Below are positions 49,179-56,937 of a DNA stretch of 56,937 nucleotides, in pieces. Source of the stretch: an uncultured Candidatus Saccharibacteria bacterium (GTDB taxonomy: Bacteria > Patescibacteriota > CAZHWT01); assembly GCA_964597145.1 (NCBI GenBank), contig CAZQWH010000006.1, forward strand, positions 1 to 56,937. The letters run 5' to 3'. The notes beneath the pieces are model-generated. The model had not been told where the DNA came from, searched no databases, and saw only the letters and a program-made list of their open reading frames with translations. Each line of letters opens with the position of its first letter. Within the stretch, counting starts at the first letter, position 1. A program made the translations under genes and the position numbers.

Positions 49179-49578
49179 GTCATTCTGGAGCTGAAGGCGA
49201 TAGAATCTCCACTGCTAAATCATGCCAATCTGAATTTAACTTTTCGATTAATTCTATCTTTTTTCGACGGACTAAGTTCTTGATCGACTTTTCTCGGGCA
49301 ATGGCGGTGTAAGAATCAGCGTAAACTTCAAAGTAAACTAATTTATTGCACTTATACTTTTGGGTGAAACCTTTAATCTGGCCGGATTTATGTTCAAATA
49401 TTCTCTTTACCAGGTTGCTAGTAACACCAGTATAAAGAACAGTATTTGTCTTATTGGTGACTATGTATATATAGAATTGCTTGCCCATGAAACAGATTTT
49501 ACGCTATCAAATCAATAGATCCTATGTGCTGAGGCACGAGCCACTGCGTGTCTAAAATACGCTGCGCTCCAGGATGAC
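49179..49578 (-). mobile_element. GIY-YIG cassette bounded by inverted family-B palindromes
   Basis: GTCATTCTGGAG..GATAGAATCT (49179-49208) and AGATCCTA..CCAGGATGAC (49517-49578). Confidence 0.7.
49180..49488 (-). CDS. Small GIY-YIG nuclease family protein
   Basis: YIYIVTN..LYTGVTSNL.KR..EH, FTQKY..LVYFE, AIARE. Confidence 0.92.
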   Translation of the reverse strand: MGKQFYIYIVTNKTNTVLYTGVTSNLVKRIFEHKSGQIKGFTQKYKCNKLVYFEVYADSYTAIAREKSIKNLVRRKKIELIEKLNSDWHDLAVEILSPSAPE

Positions 49579-49639
49579 GGAAAACCCTTAAGCCCATCAT
49601 CAGAAACCAGAAACCTAGTTTATTGTTACAATAAACTCT

Positions 49640-50302
49640 ATGTCCAGAACCTATCGCGATAGCGGCATTGTTCTCAAAAGAAATGAGCTAGGCGAAGCCG
49701 ATACTATTATTCTACTGTTAACGCGCAACCATGGCCTCATCCGTACGGCGGCCAAAGGAGTGCGGCGAATTAAGAGTCGCAAAGGGGGCAATGTTGAGCT
49801 GTTTAATCAAATTGATGCACTCATTGCCCAAGGCAGAAACTTAGACATTTTACAGGAAGCGACAGCCATCGACACGTTTGAGCATTGGCGCAACAACCTC
49901 AACTTAGTCTCCTTGGCTTATTATGTCACCGATATCACAGCCATGATGTTGGTCGAAGGTGAACAATACCCGTATATTTACGATCGATTAATAGAGTTTT
50001 ACGCTTGGTTGGGGCGTGTTATTACCAACACATTGCTCGTCCGCTGGTATGAAGTCCAGGTACTCAATCATCTTGGATACTGGTCGACCAATAACTTGAC
50101 CAGTCAAAGCCACAATGCCTTAGCCTTGTTAAATAGTTTTCAAAATGTAAGCGTAACTCAGGTTGCCGAACTCAAACCTTCAGATCAATTAGCTATAGAG
50201 CTAGAGCGTCTGATGAGGCAACAGCTAATTGAAGTGCTCGAACGTGAACCTAAAAGTGAATCGTTTATGTATATGGTGCGCGACCTAGACAGTCGTCTAT
50301 AG
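49640..50302 (+). CDS. recO: DNA repair protein RecO
   Basis: GIVLKR..LGEAD..LLT..G.I...AKGVRR.KSR..G..ELF. Confidence 0.9.
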   Translation: MSRTYRDSGIVLKRNELGEADTIILLLTRNHGLIRTAAKGVRRIKSRKGGNVELFNQIDALIAQGRNLDILQEATAIDTFEHWRNNLNLVSLAYYVTDITAMMLVEGEQYPYIYDRLIEFYAWLGRVITNTLLVRWYEVQVLNHLGYWSTNNLTSQSHNALALLNSFQNVSVTQVAELKPSDQLAIELERLMRQQLIEVLEREPKSESFMYMVRDLDSRL

Positions 50303-50390
50303 TCTTGAGTCTTGGGTTGGTTGAGCAAGCCTAAACAGGGCATATTGCTACCACTGGAGACAAAAGACAAGAGACTGTATACTAATTAGT

Positions 50391-51521
50391 ATGCGCATAG
50401 GAATTGATGCCCGTTTTTATGGTCCATCCCATGCTGGATTGGGTCGTTATACTAAAAATCTCGTTGATCAGCTTGCCCAACTCGATACGCAAAATGAATA
50501 TGTGGTGTTTCTCCACACCTCAAATTTTGATGTATTTACAACCAAAAACCCCCATTTTACGAAGGTAGAAGTGCCATTCGCCCATTATTCGCTTCAAGAA
50601 CAAATTGCCTTACCTAAAATTCTTAATCGGTATAAACTCGACGTTGTCCACTTTCCTCATTTAAACGTACCCATTAACTATAAAGGCAAGTTTGTGGTAA
50701 CTATTCACGACTTAATCATGCATAAATTTAAAAACCGAGCAGTCACAACCAGAGTAAAGCCGGTATACGAATTAAAACATCTGGGTTATAGAGCCGTTAC
50801 CCGCTGGGCCGCCAAAAAAGCCCAACATATTATTGTGCCATCACAAGCAGTTAAAGACGAAATCGTTGAGTTCTATAAGATCCCCGCTAATCGGGTAACC
50901 GTAACCTATGAGGCAGCCGATGATATGGTAATCCCGGCCAGAATTAAGCACAGTGAACGTAAGGCGACTTTAGAACGATATGGCATTTCGGGTAAATATA
51001 TTATGTATGTCGGTAATGTTTACCCACATAAGAACATCGAAACATTAGCCCGGGCCATGTCTGAGCTAAACCGCAAATATGGGGTAAGCTTAGTGTTACC
51101 ATCCGCGCGGAGTGTTTTTTTGCAGCGGACTGAAGATATGATGCAGCGCCATGGGGTTAGAGAGTTGGTAGTACTGCCAGGCTTTGTCCCCGATGCAGAC
51201 TTAGCAGTGCTTTACCAATCAGCCGCAGCCTATGTGTTTCCCAGCCTAGCCGAAGGCTTTGGCTTGCCACCACTGGAAGCCATGATGGTGGGCTTGCCAG
51301 TTGTGTGTTCGGATATTCCAGTTTTGCGCGAAGTATGTGGCTCGGCCGCTCGCTACTTCGATCCATATTCACCAGATTCTTTGGCCAAAGTGGTGGGCAA
51401 AGTGGTGGCCGATGAGAGTGTGCAGCAAGCCATGCGCACCGCAGGGTACGAGCGGGTCAAAATGTTTAGCTGGTCAAAAATGGCAGAGGAGACTATGGCA
51501 GTATACCGCCATAGCCTCTGA
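50391..51521 (+). CDS. GT4 glycosyltransferase (MtfB-like)
   Basis: IGIDAR, G.GRY, VTIHDL, PHKN, EGFGLPPLEAM. Confidence 0.93.
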   Translation: MRIGIDARFYGPSHAGLGRYTKNLVDQLAQLDTQNEYVVFLHTSNFDVFTTKNPHFTKVEVPFAHYSLQEQIALPKILNRYKLDVVHFPHLNVPINYKGKFVVTIHDLIMHKFKNRAVTTRVKPVYELKHLGYRAVTRWAAKKAQHIIVPSQAVKDEIVEFYKIPANRVTVTYEAADDMVIPARIKHSERKATLERYGISGKYIMYVGNVYPHKNIETLARAMSELNRKYGVSLVLPSARSVFLQRTEDMMQRHGVRELVVLPGFVPDADLAVLYQSAAAYVFPSLAEGFGLPPLEAMMVGLPVVCSDIPVLREVCGSAARYFDPYSPDSLAKVVGKVVADESVQQAMRTAGYERVKMFSWSKMAEETMAVYRHSL

Positions 51522-51542
51522 CTGCAGACGCCAGATACTTGA

Positions 51543-51938
51543 CTATTGATTGTTAGACCTTAGCTTGTTGGATTTTATTAATCCATATAAGACCTTGCTC
51601 ACAACCACGCATTGTTTATCCAGCTTCTCATGGTCATGGCTGTCGATATATTTTAAATCTTTGCATAGTACCAACATGCTTTGAACCTCTTTCAGTGAAC
51701 CTGCAGCCATAAATAGAAATTGAGTCATCTCCCTATGTGTTTGCCTGCCGAAACCTTCTGCAATGTTATCCGTAATTGATACTGCTGCGCGTTCCAACTG
51801 ATCGATTAAGTTATATTTCTCCTTATTCGGAAGTTGATTAGTCTTGGAGTACACCATTAGCACAAGCCTGCGACCTTCTTGCCAGGCTATTAAATCCGTG
51901 AAGTTGCTTATTTTGGTACTATTCAATTCATATTCCAT
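51543..51938 (-). CDS. Four helix bundle protein, close paralog of 4036-4428
   Basis: FTDLIAWQE..TNQLP.KEKYN..DQLERAAVSIT.NIAEG.GRQ..GSLKEVQ. Confidence 0.92.
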   Translation of the reverse strand: MEYELNSTKISNFTDLIAWQEGRRLVLMVYSKTNQLPNKEKYNLIDQLERAAVSITDNIAEGFGRQTHREMTQFLFMAAGSLKEVQSMLVLCKDLKYIDSHDHEKLDKQCVVVSKVLYGLIKSNKLRSNNQ

Positions 51939-52024
51939 GCTCGAATTATAGACTGCGTGTCAATATAATTCTAAAGTCTGATATCAAAAGTCTAGCAAGC
52001 TTCATTCTCTGTTATAATCACAAG

Positions 52025-53119
52025 ATGAAGCTTGCTTTAGTTCATGACTATTTAAACCAATACGGTGGGGCAGAGCGGGTAATGGAGGAGCTGCATCAGC
52101 TATATCCCAAAGCCCCCATTTACACCAGTGTCTATGATGCCAAAGGTATGAAAGCTTTAGGATTTAAAGCCGAGGGCAAAGATATTCGGACTTCATTTAT
52201 GGAGCGGATACCGCTGCGAAATAAATTACCACGATATTACTTTACTATGTTGTACCCGTATGCTTTCTCTCGTTTTGATATGTCGGCCTATGATGTGGTG
52301 CTATCGGACGCCTCTTATGCGGCTAAATATGTAAGTAAGCGACCAGGCGCGGTGCATGTATGCTATTGCCATACCCCGCCTCGTTTTTTATATGGATACG
52401 ATACAGATTCATCGGCCAAGATGAATGTGATTGAGAGGGTTCTATCCAAAGGCTGGAAAGTGTATTTGCGCTGGTTAGACCAACGTAGAGCCAAAGGCGT
52501 GGATGTTTGGATTGCGAATTCAAAGTCGATTCAGCAAAAAATTAAAAACGCGTACGGAGTTGAGGCCCAAGTTGTCTATCCTCCAGTGAACCTGGCACGA
52601 TTTACCAATAGGCCGACTAAGGATGATGGTTATTACTTTGTGGTTAGCCGCTTAGGTGAGTACAAACGGGTAGATATAATAGTCAAAGCCTTTAATGAGT
52701 TAGGCTGGCCCTTGCGGGTAGTAGGTCGGGGAGCACAGCTAGGCTACTTGCGCTCAATTGCCAAGGATAATGTTCAAATCTTAGATGCACTATCTGATGA
52801 GGAAGTAACAAAACAGTACCTCAACTGCCACGCCTTAGTCTTGGCTTCATATGAAGATTTTGGCATTACACCATTAGAGGCCATGGCCTGTGGCAAACCA
52901 GTTATAGCTTTAGGCAAGGGCGGGTATCTAGAGTCAGTCATCGAGGGTAAAGCCGGCGTATTCTTTTTGGAACAGACCCCCCAAAGCCTAATCGAGGCCC
53001 TGCGTCGTTTTGAAAAAATGAAGTTTGACCCCGAAGAAATTAAAAAGCATGCAGCTAAATTTGGGCCTGTTGAGTTTCGGAGGCAAATCAAGGCAATTGT
53101 TGACAGCGCTTTGCGCTAG
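52025..53119 (+). CDS. GT4 glycosyltransferase
   Basis: HDYLNQYGGAERV, HTPPR, EDFGITPLEAMACG. Confidence 0.93.
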   Translation: MKLALVHDYLNQYGGAERVMEELHQLYPKAPIYTSVYDAKGMKALGFKAEGKDIRTSFMERIPLRNKLPRYYFTMLYPYAFSRFDMSAYDVVLSDASYAAKYVSKRPGAVHVCYCHTPPRFLYGYDTDSSAKMNVIERVLSKGWKVYLRWLDQRRAKGVDVWIANSKSIQQKIKNAYGVEAQVVYPPVNLARFTNRPTKDDGYYFVVSRLGEYKRVDIIVKAFNELGWPLRVVGRGAQLGYLRSIAKDNVQILDALSDEEVTKQYLNCHALVLASYEDFGITPLEAMACGKPVIALGKGGYLESVIEGKAGVFFLEQTPQSLIEALRRFEKMKFDPEEIKKHAAKFGPVEFRRQIKAIVDSALR

Positions 53120-53140
53120 GTTTCAGGTGTCTATGCTTAC

Positions 53141-53167
53141 GTCATTCTGGAGCCGTAGGCGATAGAA
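53141..53167 (+). repeat. Short family-B palindrome adjacent to the cassette
   Basis: GTCATTCTGGAGCCGTAGGCGATAGAA. Confidence 0.8.
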
Positions 53168-53171
53168 CTCT

Positions 53172-53553
53172 GTCATTGCGAGCGTAGCGCGGCAATCCAG
53201 GTATTTATAAGATGATGCTGGAATATAGATCGGTATAGGTGGGATTGTTTATTTCAATTAACTGCAACTTCTTTTCTCGAGACCCAGCTTTAATTTGCTT
53301 TTCCCGAGCAATAGCCAAGCTGATATCGTCGTGTATCTCGAAATACACAAGCTTTGTGCAGTTATACTTTTTAGTAAAGCCATCGATTGATTTGTTTTTA
53401 TGCTCGTGAATCCGTTTGACTAGATTCGAAGTAACCCCAACATAAAGTACCCGGTTGGTTTGATTGGTTATGATGTAGACACAAGGAGATTTATTCATTT
53501 GCCGTTAATTGTACAACCATGTTGCAAGATTGCCGCGCTGCGCTCGCAATGAC
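53172..53553 (-). mobile_element. GIY-YIG cassette bounded by 26-bp inverted family-A palindromes
   Basis: 53172-53197 and 53528-53553 are inverted copies with 1 mismatch, located in the hairpin loop. Confidence 0.8.
53205..53498 (-). CDS. Small GIY-YIG nuclease family protein
   Basis: VYIITN..LYVGVTSNL.KR..EH, FTKKY..LVYFE, AIAREKQIK. Confidence 0.92.
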   Translation of the reverse strand: MNKSPCVYIITNQTNRVLYVGVTSNLVKRIHEHKNKSIDGFTKKYNCTKLVYFEIHDDISLAIAREKQIKAGSREKKLQLIEINNPTYTDLYSSIIL

Positions 53554-53636
53554 GGTATGATTAAGTTATAGTCAATTACTGATACCTAAAACCAGGCACC
53601 TTCCACCTTGATTATATCTCTGATATAATCTGCGCT

Positions 53637-55031
53637 ATGGTTGATTCCTTAGAAAAAATTGTATCCCTAGCTAAACGGCGGGGGTATGTCTATCAGACGA
53701 GTGAAATTTATGGTGGTCTGGCCAACTCCTTTGACTACGGCCCACTAGGGGTCGAGTTGCTGCGAACCATTAAAAATCTATGGTGGCAGTATTTTATTAC
53801 TCGTCGGTCAGATATGGTCGGGTTAGACTCGCAAATTATTCTTCACCCTCAAACCTGGGTAGCCTCGGGTCACGTTGGCTCTTTTAGCGATCCATTGGTA
53901 GAGGATACCGTTACCCATAATCGCTTCCGAGCCGATCATTTGATTGAAGAATTTGTCGATAAAAATCCCCATAAATTTCCGGCAGATTTTAATGCCGAAG
54001 ATCTAACCTTGGAGCAGATGGCTCATTTTATCCAGCAACACAAAGTTACTTCACCCCAGGGAAATGCAGTTACCGCGCCTAAATCTTTTAATCTGCTATT
54101 CGAAACAGCTATAGGCGCAGTCTCAGGTGAAAAATCAACCGTATACTTGCGGGGTGAAACCGCCCAGGGAATTTTTTCTAACTTTAAAAATATTCTTGAC
54201 ACCAGCCGAGTTCGGTTACCATTCGGGGTGGGTCAAATTGGTAAATCGTTCCGTAACGAAATTACCACCGGACAGTTTGTCTTCCGCACTCTTGAATTTG
54301 AACAAGCTGAAATTGAATACTTCTTTAATCCCTCGGATAGTGACTGGCAAAAGCTGATGGAAGAATGGAAAGCAGCCATGTGGCAATTTGTAACCGAAGT
54401 CCTTGGTGTTAAGGCCGAAAACCTACGCTGGCGCCAACATACCGATAAAGAGCGTAGCCATTACAGCAAAGACACCTACGATTTGGAATACAAATTCCCC
54501 TTTGGCTGGAAAGAACTGTGGGGAATTGCCTATCGCGCCAATTATGATTTAAAGCAACATCAACAATTTTCGGGTCAATCGTTGGAATATACCGATCCCA
54601 ACACTAATCAGAAAGTAATCCCTCACGTTATTGAACCAGCAGTTGGCGTTAATCGGCTGTTTCTAATGGTCTTAGTCGATGCGTACCAGCAAGACCAAGA
54701 TAAAGGTCGAACCGTTTTAGCTCTTAAGCCTGCTCTAGCACCCTATCAGGTGGCGGTCTTTCCGCTACTAAAAAACAAGCCAGATTTAGTGACTAAGGCT
54801 CAACAGGTTTACCAAGCTGTAGCTAATCAATTCCCAACCACCTGGGATGATCGGGGCAATATTGGCAAACGCTATCTATACCAAGACGAAATTGGAACTC
54901 CTTGGTGTGTCACCATAGATTTTGACACGTTAGAGGATAACACCGTAACCATCCGCGACCGCGACACGCAAGCCCAACAACGCCTCAAAATTGCCGAGCT
55001 AAATAATTTCATCGCTAAAGCCCTGAAATAG
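53637..55031 (+). CDS. glyS: Glycine--tRNA ligase, alpha2 (homodimeric) type
   Basis: EIYGG..DYGPLG, LRGETAQG, GKSFRNEI, EFEQ.E, HVIEP, IGKRY..DEIG. Confidence 0.95.
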   Translation: MVDSLEKIVSLAKRRGYVYQTSEIYGGLANSFDYGPLGVELLRTIKNLWWQYFITRRSDMVGLDSQIILHPQTWVASGHVGSFSDPLVEDTVTHNRFRADHLIEEFVDKNPHKFPADFNAEDLTLEQMAHFIQQHKVTSPQGNAVTAPKSFNLLFETAIGAVSGEKSTVYLRGETAQGIFSNFKNILDTSRVRLPFGVGQIGKSFRNEITTGQFVFRTLEFEQAEIEYFFNPSDSDWQKLMEEWKAAMWQFVTEVLGVKAENLRWRQHTDKERSHYSKDTYDLEYKFPFGWKELWGIAYRANYDLKQHQQFSGQSLEYTDPNTNQKVIPHVIEPAVGVNRLFLMVLVDAYQQDQDKGRTVLALKPALAPYQVAVFPLLKNKPDLVTKAQQVYQAVANQFPTTWDDRGNIGKRYLYQDEIGTPWCVTIDFDTLEDNTVTIRDRDTQAQQRLKIAELNNFIAKALK

Positions 55032-55040
55032 GTTGCCATC

Positions 55041-55402
55041 TTTAGACTGTAGAGGGGATTCTATCTCTCCGGCTACGCCTCCACTCATAATGACGGGGAG
55101 GGAGTCGGATGTCTGGTGTCGGGATGCGGGATGCGGTAGTATGCGTCATTGCGAAGGAGTGGTAACGACTGCGGCAACCTGCCTGCTTTGCCAGCGAAAG
55201 CATGGCGGGCAGGTCTTGGTGGAATCTAGCAGATCGCCACGGCGTAGCCTCGCGATGACGGGGGTGTAGATCGTATATCGGGGTTTAGGTTTATAGTTTT
55301 TAGTTTATAGTTTTTAGGTTTATGGGTTTGGTATTTCTGATTTCGAGCTTGAGATTTGTTTCTCATTTCGAATTTCGAATTTTGTATTTAATCATCCCGC
55401 AG
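55041..55402 (-). mobile_element. Longest composite intergenic element, on the minus strand
   Basis: Read on minus: AAATTCG block, TAAAC array, ATACGATCTAC, family-A doublet 55145-55259 with 36-nt insert 55178-55213, CCCGACA repeats, family-B-like palindrome 55057-55094, TCTACAG TCTAAA. Confidence 0.78.
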
Positions 55403-55560
55403 TTTGGTCTTTTGTCTTCCATATCCCGTATCCCCCCTTCTACATTCTGCCTTCTATTTTCCCCTTTCACCCTATATACCACCCCTTAGTTAATTATCTG
55501 AGTTAAATAGCAAACGCATATATGTGCGTATATACGTTTTTTGGAGGTATTGATTCAGAA

Positions 55561-55588
55561 AATAATAAAGGCTCCCCGAGGGGAGCCT
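55561..55588 (-). terminator. Intrinsic terminator (minus strand)
   Basis: AGGCTCCCC-GA-GGGGAGCCT with an A-rich tract on its left. Confidence 0.7.
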
Positions 55589-55593
55589 GATAT

Positions 55594-55767
55594 CTAGATT
55601 AGACTCGCAGGTAGCGAGTCTGGATCGTATTTGTCTTTACACTGTCGGCACTCTTGCAGGTGTGCCAGAAACTCCTCTCCGTTTCGAACAGATTGGTCAA
55701 ACTCGCATGGAGATTGCTCCGAATCATCAAGCTCAAGTGCAAGCTGAAGACATTCCGCCTCGTTCAT
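55594..55767 (-). CDS. 57-aa protein with HxxxCxxC motif (not in the ORF track)
   Basis: AGGAG 6 nt before ATG; MNEAECLQLALELDDSEQSPCEFDQSVRNGEEFLAHLQECRQCKDKYDPDSLPASLI; terminator follows. Confidence 0.7.
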   Translation of the reverse strand: MNEAECLQLALELDDSEQSPCEFDQSVRNGEEFLAHLQECRQCKDKYDPDSLPASLI

Positions 55768-55820
55768 AGCACGCTCCTAGTACTAGCTTTAGTTGGGAAT
55801 TGACCCAACCTTTCAAGCGT

Positions 55821-56072
55821 TTACCAGCGGTTTTCAAGTTCATCCCACAATCGGCACTTTGGGCAGGTAGCGAAGTGCTGACGGGCTTTGGCACTTACCA
55901 TCAGACTGCCCCAAACCTTCTGCGGGCTACCATCGGCACAATCTTCAACGATCGGCTGCTCAGGTATCATCAATCGAGGCGGGTAGACACTCATGTCATA
56001 ATACCAACCGCAACGCGAATGGTCATTAGACGGCACAACTGTTAGCGCCGTGCTTAATTTAGGACGAATCAT
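55821..56072 (-). CDS. 83-aa protein with HxxxCxxC motif
   Basis: GAGGAG Shine-Dalgarno, own promoter, HFATCPKC. Confidence 0.7.
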   Translation of the reverse strand: MIRPKLSTALTVVPSNDHSRCGWYYDMSVYPPRLMIPEQPIVEDCADGSPQKVWGSLMVSAKARQHFATCPKCRLWDELENRW

Positions 56073-56106
56073 GTCCAGCTCCTCTACTTGGTCTCTTGCC
56101 TGGCTG

Positions 56107-56135
56107 ATAGTATTCTATCTGAGTCAGCTTGTCAA
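56107..56135 (-). promoter_or_regulatory. Promoter TTGACA-N17-TACTAT
   Basis: TGTCAA 56130-56135 and ATAGTA 56107-56112 on the + strand. Confidence 0.7.
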
Positions 56136-56144
56136 TAGTAGTAA

Positions 56145-56180
56145 TAAAATAAAAAGAATGGCTCCTGGAACGCAGGAGCC
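56145..56180 (-). terminator. Intrinsic terminator (minus strand)
   Basis: GGCTCCTG-GAACG-CAGGAGCC with an A-rich tract on its left. Confidence 0.7.
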
Positions 56181-56251
56181 GGGGAGGGCAGTGGTGCTAC
56201 CCAAACTAATCGAGTGAAAGAGGGGCCACAAAGACTGAGATAGACTCAGAG

Positions 56252-56617
56252 CTACTCAGCCTGGCGCTGCTCATTCTCGTCATCCTCCCAGACAAACGAC
56301 TCCAGGTTGTCAAAGATTTGCTGCAATTTTTTACGGCAACTCCCGTCTGGACATTGTTTAAAGAAGCGTTGAGATCGCTCTACTTGGTCCGGGTGGCTGG
56401 AGTCAATGGCTAGTTTTAGCATCTCCCAGAATTTGGAGTGGTTATGCGGCAGGTACCCATGGAGCGGGTCACTACTCGTCTCTTTGCGGACGGCTGGCAG
56501 CCGATCGGAGGGTTTCTTTTTCTCCGACTTTTTCCCCGTAAAATCATCCATGGGAATATCGTTAAGAAAGTCCCAAATCGACCCCGATCCGCCATTGGAT
56601 GAAGCTTCGTGGCTCAT
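56252..56617 (-). CDS. 121-aa hypothetical protein with a CxxxxC pair
   Basis: AGGAG Shine-Dalgarno, own promoter and terminator. Confidence 0.7.
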   Translation of the reverse strand: MSHEASSNGGSGSIWDFLNDIPMDDFTGKKSEKKKPSDRLPAVRKETSSDPLHGYLPHNHSKFWEMLKLAIDSSHPDQVERSQRFFKQCPDGSCRKKLQQIFDNLESFVWEDDENEQRQAE

Positions 56618-56653
56618 AATCTATCTCCTACACTCAAACCTCTCGTCTGCCCG

Positions 56654-56682
56654 ATAGTAATAGTCTAGTAGAGAAATGTCAA
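56654..56682 (-). promoter_or_regulatory. Promoter TTGACA-N17-TACTAT
   Basis: TGTCAA 56677-56682 and ATAGTA 56654-56659 on the + strand. Confidence 0.7.
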
Positions 56683-56729
56683 TCTGGCCAGGAGGAGAAG
56701 GGGATAGAAGATAGAAGATCGCAGTTCGA

Positions 56730-56937
56730 ACTACTAGACGATTAAAATCCCAAAGTCGAAATCAGAAAGACCAAAATCTACAAACTACAAACTACAAACT
56801 ACAAACCTAACACCTGATATACGATATTCGAACTACGATCTACGAACCTCTCCCGTCATTCTGGAACAAAGCGCAGCGAAGAGATAGAATCCCCTCTACA
56901 GTCTACAGTCTACAGTCTACAGTCTACAGTCTACAGT
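56730..56937 (+). mobile_element. Composite intergenic element ending in (TCTACAG)x6 at the window end
   Basis: CTACAAA array, ATACGAT block, family-B palindrome 56855-56891, array 56895-56936. Confidence 0.8.

Noticed and set aside
49179..53553. Integron cassettes or classical IS elements
   Set aside because: No integrase or DDE/HUH transposase; the flanks lack attC RYYYAAC/GTTRRRY organisation; no clear target-site duplication
55512..55539. Imperfect palindrome AAACGCATATATG..CGTATATACGTTT
   Set aside because: Single low-complexity copy with no supporting context

Overview
A 57-kb chromosomal segment of a probable Patescibacteria/CPR bacterium. The taxonomy is inferred from the short TsaB, alpha2-type GlyRS, DUF4012/DUF5667-like proteins and apparently leaderless genes. 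RF2 is present, so UGA is a stop. Housekeeping genes (prfB, ftsEX plus a coiled-coil/M23 protein, tsaE, tsaC/sua5, pyrG, cmk, tsaB, recO, glyS) surround a large surface-glycan locus (galE, glf, two flippases, many glycosyltransferases, methyltransferases, sulfatase-like proteins, an initiating sugar transferase). The strongest unexplained signal is intergenic, with two apparent gene-plus-repeat mobile systems. (1) Two small GIY-YIG nuclease genes are each bracketed by an inverted pair of CGTC-tagged palindromes. The same palindromes recur many times without cargo and show compensatory base changes and GNA mini-hairpins. (2) Four-helix-bundle (IVS/Avd-like) genes (3 intact, 1 pseudogene, 2 identically truncated fragments) are mostly bracketed by inverted arrays of 7/8-mers. 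Parts of both systems are assembled into a recurrent nested 150-400 bp non-coding element found about 6-7 times. Other oddities: a circularly permuted M23 domain, a catalytically degenerate RmlB-like protein, a HisKA-only sensor, a ligase-GT4 fusion, and three tiny Cys/His proteins, one of which is missing from the ORF track. No tRNA, rRNA, CRISPR array, integrase or reverse transcriptase was recognised. Family assignments come from motif recognition by eye, not from database searches.
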